Both the position numbers and the translations under genes were made by a program. Shown piece after piece: positions 45,954 through 50,354 of a stretch of 50,354 bases of DNA. This stretch comes from Enterobacteria phage vB_EcoS_IME18: sequence record MH051911; one strand, written 5' to 3'. The notes under the pieces are model-generated. The model was not told where the DNA came from. It made no database searches and saw only the letters and a list, made by a program, of their open reading frames with translations. Each line of letters opens with the position of its first letter. Position 1 is the first letter of the stretch.

Positions 45954-45989
45954 AAAGCAAAGAGTGCAAAGTTGATACGATGATTTTAC

Positions 45990-46017
45990 AGAAATGAAGA
46001 AGGGGGCGCAAGCCCCC
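45990..46017 (-). terminator. intrinsic terminator after major tail gene
   Basis: Stem GGGGGC/GCCCCC, loop GCAA, U-rich tract on minus transcript. Confidence 0.6.
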
Positions 46018-46029
46018 TGTGGATATGAT

Positions 46030-46698
46030 TTAGGCACCTGGAGATGCCAGAGTTGATGAGACGAAAGTAAAGTCACCTTTCAGGGATACGGCGAGTTCCA
46101 CCGTTTCCATTTCGTTAACCTGCGTGGATGGGATATCGTTAAACGACAAGATGCCAGCCCACATACGCATTTCGCTCGCTTTCGGCACGTACATTCGAAC
46201 CGCTGTTACCTGGCCAGACGAATCCAGCTTGCGCAGAATCGGGTAGATCGGGTTATCAAATTCGTGCGCGAAAGTGTACGTTAGCGATACCGCAGATTTA
46301 AACGTTGGGATCTGCTGCTCTTTATCGTCGGACAAACACTGATAAGTGTAATACTGCTGCTCGCCGCCGTCCTGACCAATCTCCTGTACGCAAGGAATCT
46401 CAGTCCAGCCAGTAATTTTTGCAAAGCTCATTGTACCGCCAGTCGGGAAAACAAGAGTATCAGAGGTGTCAATTCCAGCAAGAGTGATGCTTGTTTCTTG
46501 AGCGTCAGTAACAATTAGCACTCGACTAACCATCTTAGCCCAAGTTGACTGAGTTACAATAACGTAATCGCCTTTTACTAAGTCACCTTTAGATGCAACT
46601 GTAGCAACAGGATTATCTGCATTAGTGATAGCGGTCGCCTCAATCTCTACTCCGCGAGAGGTTTCCACGAAAATTTGCGCGCCATTTGGTAAGTGCAT
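46030..46698 (-). CDS. major tail protein (lambda gpV-like)
   Basis: 222 aa; position upstream of chaperone pair; followed by strong terminator. Confidence 0.65.
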   Translation of the reverse strand: MHLPNGAQIFVETSRGVEIEATAITNADNPVATVASKGDLVKGDYVIVTQSTWAKMVSRVLIVTDAQETSITLAGIDTSDTLVFPTGGTMSFAKITGWTEIPCVQEIGQDGGEQQYYTYQCLSDDKEQQIPTFKSAVSLTYTFAHEFDNPIYPILRKLDSSGQVTAVRMYVPKASEMRMWAGILSFNDIPSTQVNEMETVELAVSLKGDFTFVSSTLASPGA

Positions 46699-46699
46699 A

Positions 46700-47098
46700 T
46701 TAAGTCTCCTTTGTGTCTACTCGTACTGTAAAGCGAACCGGAATCATCCACCCGCTTTCATGTTTAACAATTTGATGCACGATTGCACCCTCGAAAATAT
46801 AACCAACGTTAAGCATTTTACCATCTTTGAAAAAATCAGCAATCTCTTTTGCTTTCAATCTTGCCTCGTCAACGCCGGAACCTGGAGGGAACACTACGCC
46901 GATCTGAACGATTGCGATGTAAGATTTACACTTTCTGTCAATGGATAGATAAAGCGTATCCCCTTCAATGTAGTTGAACCTCAGCCACATCCCGCCATCC
47001 TTCGGCGGTGTGAAATTTCTGTTTTCCATGTAGTGAGGAAAGTCTCTGTACTTTGATAGAAAAGCGGCTCGCGCCGCCGCTGATAACTCATAGTGCAT
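46700..47098 (-). CDS. putative tail terminator (gpU-like position)
   Basis: 132 aa, immediately upstream of major tail gene. Confidence 0.4.
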   Translation of the reverse strand: MHYELSAAARAAFLSKYRDFPHYMENRNFTPPKDGGMWLRFNYIEGDTLYLSIDRKCKSYIAIVQIGVVFPPGSGVDEARLKAKEIADFFKDGKMLNVGYIFEGAIVHQIVKHESGWMIPVRFTVRVDTKET

Positions 47099-47624
47099 TT
47101 TGCTGTCTCCTTGCCTGCTTGATTGCGTCAGCCATATATGATCTAAGCCTTAACGCCACAAGACCGACAACGCCGCTCGGTGCTTGCTGTGAATGACCGT
47201 ACTCAAGAGCGTTTGCATAAATCAACATGTTTGAAAAGTGAACTGATGTTATCGCGCCGCCACGGCTGAACATGCCATAAGTTTTGGCCTGCTCCTCACC
47301 TCTGACGACACCGCCAGTTTTATCGTATCGGTTTAATGCGTGGTTAGGTATTTCGTTAAAAGTTATCTGCCAGTTACCCTTGAATCGACCTGTATCAACA
47401 GGGGAGCGGCTAACAAGAGCGTCGTGAACATCCCTTACGAATATCTCAATGGCATGTTCTAACGTGCTTTCAGCTGCCTTAATCCACGCATCAATCTCGC
47501 CTTGAAATCTACGAATCTGATAATTAGCCACCGACTGATACCCTCCGTAATACTGGACGATAGGCGACTGGTTCCAGTGACGCCTGAACCGGGCGAGCAT
47601 CAACGACAACATGACGAATGCCAT
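47088..47624 (-). CDS. putative tail completion protein (HK97 gp10 / gpZ-like)
   Basis: Segment ANALEYGHS resembles gp10-family motif; start uncertain (ATG candidates 47600-47624). Confidence 0.4.
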   Translation of the reverse strand: MAFVMLSLMLARFRRHWNQSPIVQYYGGYQSVANYQIRRFQGEIDAWIKAAESTLEHAIEIFVRDVHDALVSRSPVDTGRFKGNWQITFNEIPNHALNRYDKTGGVVRGEEQAKTYGMFSRGGAITSVHFSNMLIYANALEYGHSQQAPSGVVGLVALRLRSYMADAIKQARRQQNAL

Positions 47625-47904
47625 CAATCTCTATATAGTCACCTTCGTTTATTTCATGATCATTATTGAAGATCCCCAAAATATCTGAGGCGCGGATAGT
47701 TTCCCCGTCAATCTCACGCGCGTTCGGTCTTCTCGTCGCGCCGGATATTGGAATAACCTGTTCCATCGGTGGGATCTCGAATCCGTTTTCATCATATCCG
47801 TATTCAACTTGTTTTATCAGGTTCATAGGTCTTGACGGATCGGTGAAGAAAGCCACGCCTTTGCGAGCCATTCTTTCAATCTGTGAGTAGTTCATTAGTG
47901 GCAT
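47524..47904 (-). CDS. putative head-tail joining protein
   Basis: 126-aa ORF in connector gene block. Confidence 0.4.
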   Translation of the reverse strand: MPLMNYSQIERMARKGVAFFTDPSRPMNLIKQVEYGYDENGFEIPPMEQVIPISGATRRPNAREIDGETIRASDILGIFNNDHEINEGDYIEIDGIRHVVVDARPVQASLEPVAYRPVLRRVSVGG

Positions 47905-48305
47905 CCTCCACGGAGTCCTGTCATTAATGCGAATCTACCACGGCGTCTCGCTTTAAGCTGTTCGAACATCTTACCCCACGGCGTCGAAAGCATCATGTTC
48001 CCTGACTGGTTCTTCGTAACCTCTCCGAAAGTCTGGCTAAATTCACCGCTCAGGGAGAATGACGTAACGCGTCGTGAGTACGATTCCAGATCCTCATCTT
48101 CACCTTTTAGCGCCCCGTCAAGGAAAGCAAGGTGCAATGCATAAAGAGCGAGCGCTTTGACGTATGCGTCTTTAAAGGTCTTCTGGCATACAAAAAGCTC
48201 AGCCATTTCTACCCACGCATAAAGCGTTTCGTCTGGAACCTTACGAAGTGCCGGAACCAGCTTTCGCATTTGCTCAACAACTGCAATTAAAGTTTCTTGA
48301 TTCAT
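47895..48305 (-). CDS. putative head-tail connector/adaptor protein
   Basis: 136-aa ORF; LALYALHLAF-type segment reminiscent of gp6-like connectors. Confidence 0.4.
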   Translation of the reverse strand: MNQETLIAVVEQMRKLVPALRKVPDETLYAWVEMAELFVCQKTFKDAYVKALALYALHLAFLDGALKGEDEDLESYSRRVTSFSLSGEFSQTFGEVTKNQSGNMMLSTPWGKMFEQLKARRRGRFALMTGLRGGCH

Positions 48306-48349
48306 AATTTACCCCCATAAAAAAAGGCGCTACATGAGCGCCTTGATGA

Positions 48350-48637
48350 TTAATATTCGCCGCCGTCCTCAAGCTCTTTAACGCTTTTGCTATCCCACGG
48401 ATCTGGCTTCGTGATCTTTGCCATTTCAGCGCGGATTTTGCGGTTGGTTGCACTGTCGTCTTTAACTTCGATTTCTTCGCGAGCAATTAAGCAACGCAGG
48501 CCGGGCAAATCAAGAACGGACGCCGGAAGCGTGACCTCTTCATCTGGAAGAACTTTAGCAAAGGAGCCATCTTCAAGACGGAACATCTGAAGAGCTACAC
48601 CAACATTTACGATAACAACAGTTTTTTCTTTAGCCAT
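48350..48637 (-). CDS. hypothetical head-associated protein
   Basis: 95-aa ORF with SD GGAGAAA directly after capsid-gene terminator. Confidence 0.45.
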   Translation of the reverse strand: MAKEKTVVIVNVGVALQMFRLEDGSFAKVLPDEEVTLPASVLDLPGLRCLIAREEIEVKDDSATNRKIRAEMAKITKPDPWDSKSVKELEDGGEY

Positions 48638-48650
48638 TTTGATTTCTCCA

Positions 48651-48679
48651 ATAAAAAAGGGACTAACTAAGTTAGCCCC
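48651..48679 (-). terminator. intrinsic terminator after major capsid gene
   Basis: Stem GGGACTAACT/AGTTAGCCCC with A7 on plus (U-run on minus transcript), immediately followed by next RBS. Confidence 0.6.
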
Positions 48680-48686
48680 TATAATA

Positions 48687-49646
48687 TTACACGCCAGTGA
48701 TTAAGACAATAGTCATCGGGCGATAAATTGTAAGACCAGTACATTTAGAGGTGCAAGGCACTTTAAAGTGCAAGTCTTTCGGCTGTGCTGGCAGCATGTT
48801 AAATGCTTCCGGGATCTCGATGGACATATTCATCGGATTCTTTTCGTACACCAGCACACCTTTAGTTCCAGCGCCGTCGATATCTTCAAGTTCTGCGATA
48901 GAGTCGATTTCGATACCTGAGTTCTGAGACTTGAAATAGTCCAGATAAGACATGGTAGTCTCAGGCATACGAATCGCCAGCACCTTACGCATGGACGGCG
49001 GGATCAGAATGTTGGTAGCTCGGTGCTGGCCTCGAGTAATCGTCTCGATGGTTTCGATCGCCTGAGTCAATTCCGCTTCAGCCGTTTCCGGTTTCTGAGT
49101 TGCGCCATCCATCCACTTACCGGAGGTAATTTTGGTGATGTTCGGATGATTGAACACGGACACAATCTTGTGCGGCGCGGAACCTTTGAACACCAGGCGG
49201 TTAACAAGCTGATCATGAGCCAACTGGCACGCACTTGCCTTACGGGTTGACAGTGGGCGACCAGTTGCCTGACCTGCTTTGATTTCGTCGATTGAGATCA
49301 GATACGCGTTACCCAGACGGAACACCTTGCCAAACTCAGAAGTACCCAGGGCGTCAACCAGCGGAAGATCGTCGGTGTAGTCTGCGATAATCTGAGCCGT
49401 ACCAACCTTGTCAAAGGTCATGTATTCAAACGTCTTATCAGTCGGAGAAAGATCGGTTGTAACCGGGAATACGCGTAAAGCTGAGCCGACCGGGTAGTCT
49501 TCTTCATAGGACTGGCTTTTGATGCGGTGTAGTTCCTGAGCGGTCCAGATACCCATCGTTGCGGCTGCATCCTGTTTTACGCCAGCCTGGATCAGATACA
49601 TTTCAACATTGCTTTTATCTGCTTCATCAAATTTTTTAGTAGTCAT
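48687..49646 (-). CDS. major capsid protein (lambda gpE-like position)
   Basis: 319 aa; SD GGAGAAG; flanked by terminator hairpins on both sides. Confidence 0.7.
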   Translation of the reverse strand: MTTKKFDEADKSNVEMYLIQAGVKQDAAATMGIWTAQELHRIKSQSYEEDYPVGSALRVFPVTTDLSPTDKTFEYMTFDKVGTAQIIADYTDDLPLVDALGTSEFGKVFRLGNAYLISIDEIKAGQATGRPLSTRKASACQLAHDQLVNRLVFKGSAPHKIVSVFNHPNITKITSGKWMDGATQKPETAEAELTQAIETIETITRGQHRATNILIPPSMRKVLAIRMPETTMSYLDYFKSQNSGIEIDSIAELEDIDGAGTKGVLVYEKNPMNMSIEIPEAFNMLPAQPKDLHFKVPCTSKCTGLTIYRPMTIVLITGV

Positions 49647-49664
49647 GATTACTTCTCCGTAGTT

Positions 49665-49695
49665 AATAAAAAAGCCGTGATTATGTTCACGGCTT
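49665..49695 (-). terminator. intrinsic terminator between junction gene and capsid gene
   Basis: Stem AAGCCGTGA/TCACGGCTT, loop TTATGT, A-run on plus (U-run on minus transcript). Confidence 0.6.
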
Positions 49696-49701
49696 CAATA
49701 A

Positions 49702-49716
49702 TAGCACTTTTTGTTA
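49702..49716 (+). promoter_or_regulatory. palindromic box between decoration-like and capsid genes
   Basis: TAGCACTTTTTGTTA; plus orientation inside minus-strand operon; TATGCA-like hexamer 22 nt downstream. Confidence 0.4.
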
Positions 49717-49737
49717 AAGCGTCAAAGTGTTTTTATG

Positions 49738-50354
49738 TTATGCATCAACCTCTGGCGTTGGCACTGCTTCTACGCGATAAGCAATGGTTGCCGTCGTCTT
49801 GCTGGCATCGTTAGCCGTCCAGGTAATATTGAAATCACCGACTACCTCTCCACCAACAGGAGTTACAAGACCCGAGTCCGGATCGACAGTGGCGATATTG
49901 GTAGCGTCGATTGACCATTTGCCAGTCTTATCGGTTGCATTAGCCGGAAGAGCATTAGCTACACACTGGATCGTAACATTGTTTGGCTGAGGACTTTCCT
50001 TGTTAGTGGTGATTGTAGCGGATTCAACAAGAACGACAGGGGGCGGCGGCGGTGGAGCGATGAAAGCATTTTGTTTCACCTGAACTTCAATAATGTGCCC
50101 GTCTTCGTGCTTAACAAAGCCGCCAGCAAAGGTCCATCCTGCGGAACCAGATCCACCAGTAACAACTCCACCAGATCCAAACTGCAACTTTGAGAACAAG
50201 CTGGGAACCTCATCAAGAGAAGTAAGCGCCCATACTCGACCATGAGAAACGACGTTGCAAACTTCACCGTCTAGGATTTTACCGCTCAGGTGTTCATATT
50301 GTGAGCGGAAAGCGATTCCGTAAGGAGTCCCGCCATCAGAAAGTACTTTGACTA
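49738..50354 (-). CDS. gpD-like head decoration protein with C-terminal Ig-like domain, 3' portion (gene begins at 1..151)
   Basis: Frame open from stop at 49738 to window end; poly-Pro linker PPPPPP then Ig-like C-terminal domain; upstream part paralogous to 213..689. Confidence 0.55.
   Translation of the reverse strand, partial: VKVLSDGGTPYGIAFRSQYEHLSGKILDGEVCNVVSHGRVWALTSLDEVPSLFSKLQFGSGGVVTGGSGSAGWTFAGGFVKHEDGHIIEVQVKQNAFIAPPPPPPVVLVESATITTNKESPQPNNVTIQCVANALPANATDKTGKWSIDATNIATVDPDSGLVTPVGGEVVGDFNITWTANDASKTTATIAYRVEAVPTPEVDA

Noticed and set aside
6062-49716. Repeated box considered as a CRISPR array or mobile-element inverted repeats
   Set aside because: Copies are 0.3-2 kb apart with genes between them, spacing is irregular, there are no uniform spacers and no transposase; they behave as promoter/operator elements.
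1-50354. tRNA, rRNA, integrase or repressor genes
   Set aside because: No cloverleaf-like conserved tRNA segments, no rRNA-like regions and no integrase/recombinase-sized ORF with recognisable motifs were seen; the phage appears to lack a lysogeny module. Absence was judged by eye only.

Overview
The window reads as a complete, densely coded genome of a tailed dsDNA phage of enterobacteria, about 50.35 kb, with a lambda-like head and tail module and a T1-like (Drexlerviridae-like) gene repertoire; that assignment is inference from protein motifs recalled from memory, not a database search. The two window ends are contiguous: one gene is split across coordinates 50354/1, so the record is a circular or circularly permuted representation. 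Minus strand, in order: terminase small and large subunits, portal, head morphogenesis protein, protease/scaffold, two paralogous gpD-like proteins, major capsid, four head-tail joining proteins, major tail protein, chaperones G and G-T (programmed -1 frameshift), tape measure, M/L/K/I/J and two distal tail proteins. A minus-strand early island (6121..15207) holds about 27 small genes, including a P-loop kinase and a PNK-type HAD phosphatase. A plus-strand block (15895..21638) holds a short C5-methyltransferase-like protein and a small acidic protein ending in an SSB-tail-like DDDDYIPW. Further minus-strand genes are a lysis cassette (pinholin, SAR endolysin, unimolecular spanin), an HTH-metallophosphoesterase, a Dam-type methyltransferase, a VRR-NUC nuclease, an SF2 helicase, SSB, ERF annealase and a PD-(D/E)XK exonuclease; primase, an HTH regulator, a tail fibre and a Cor-like lipoprotein are on the plus strand. 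No tRNA, rRNA, CRISPR array, integrase or transposase was recognised. The most unusual signal is a palindromic box, TAGCA-N5-TG(C/T)TA, present in 23 intergenic copies, usually just after a stop codon and exactly 22 bp upstream of a -10-like hexamer. Two large AT-rich divergent control regions share an 18-bp element. Coordinates of small genes and start codons were chosen by eye from RBS context and are approximate; the ORF track uses non-ATG starts in places.
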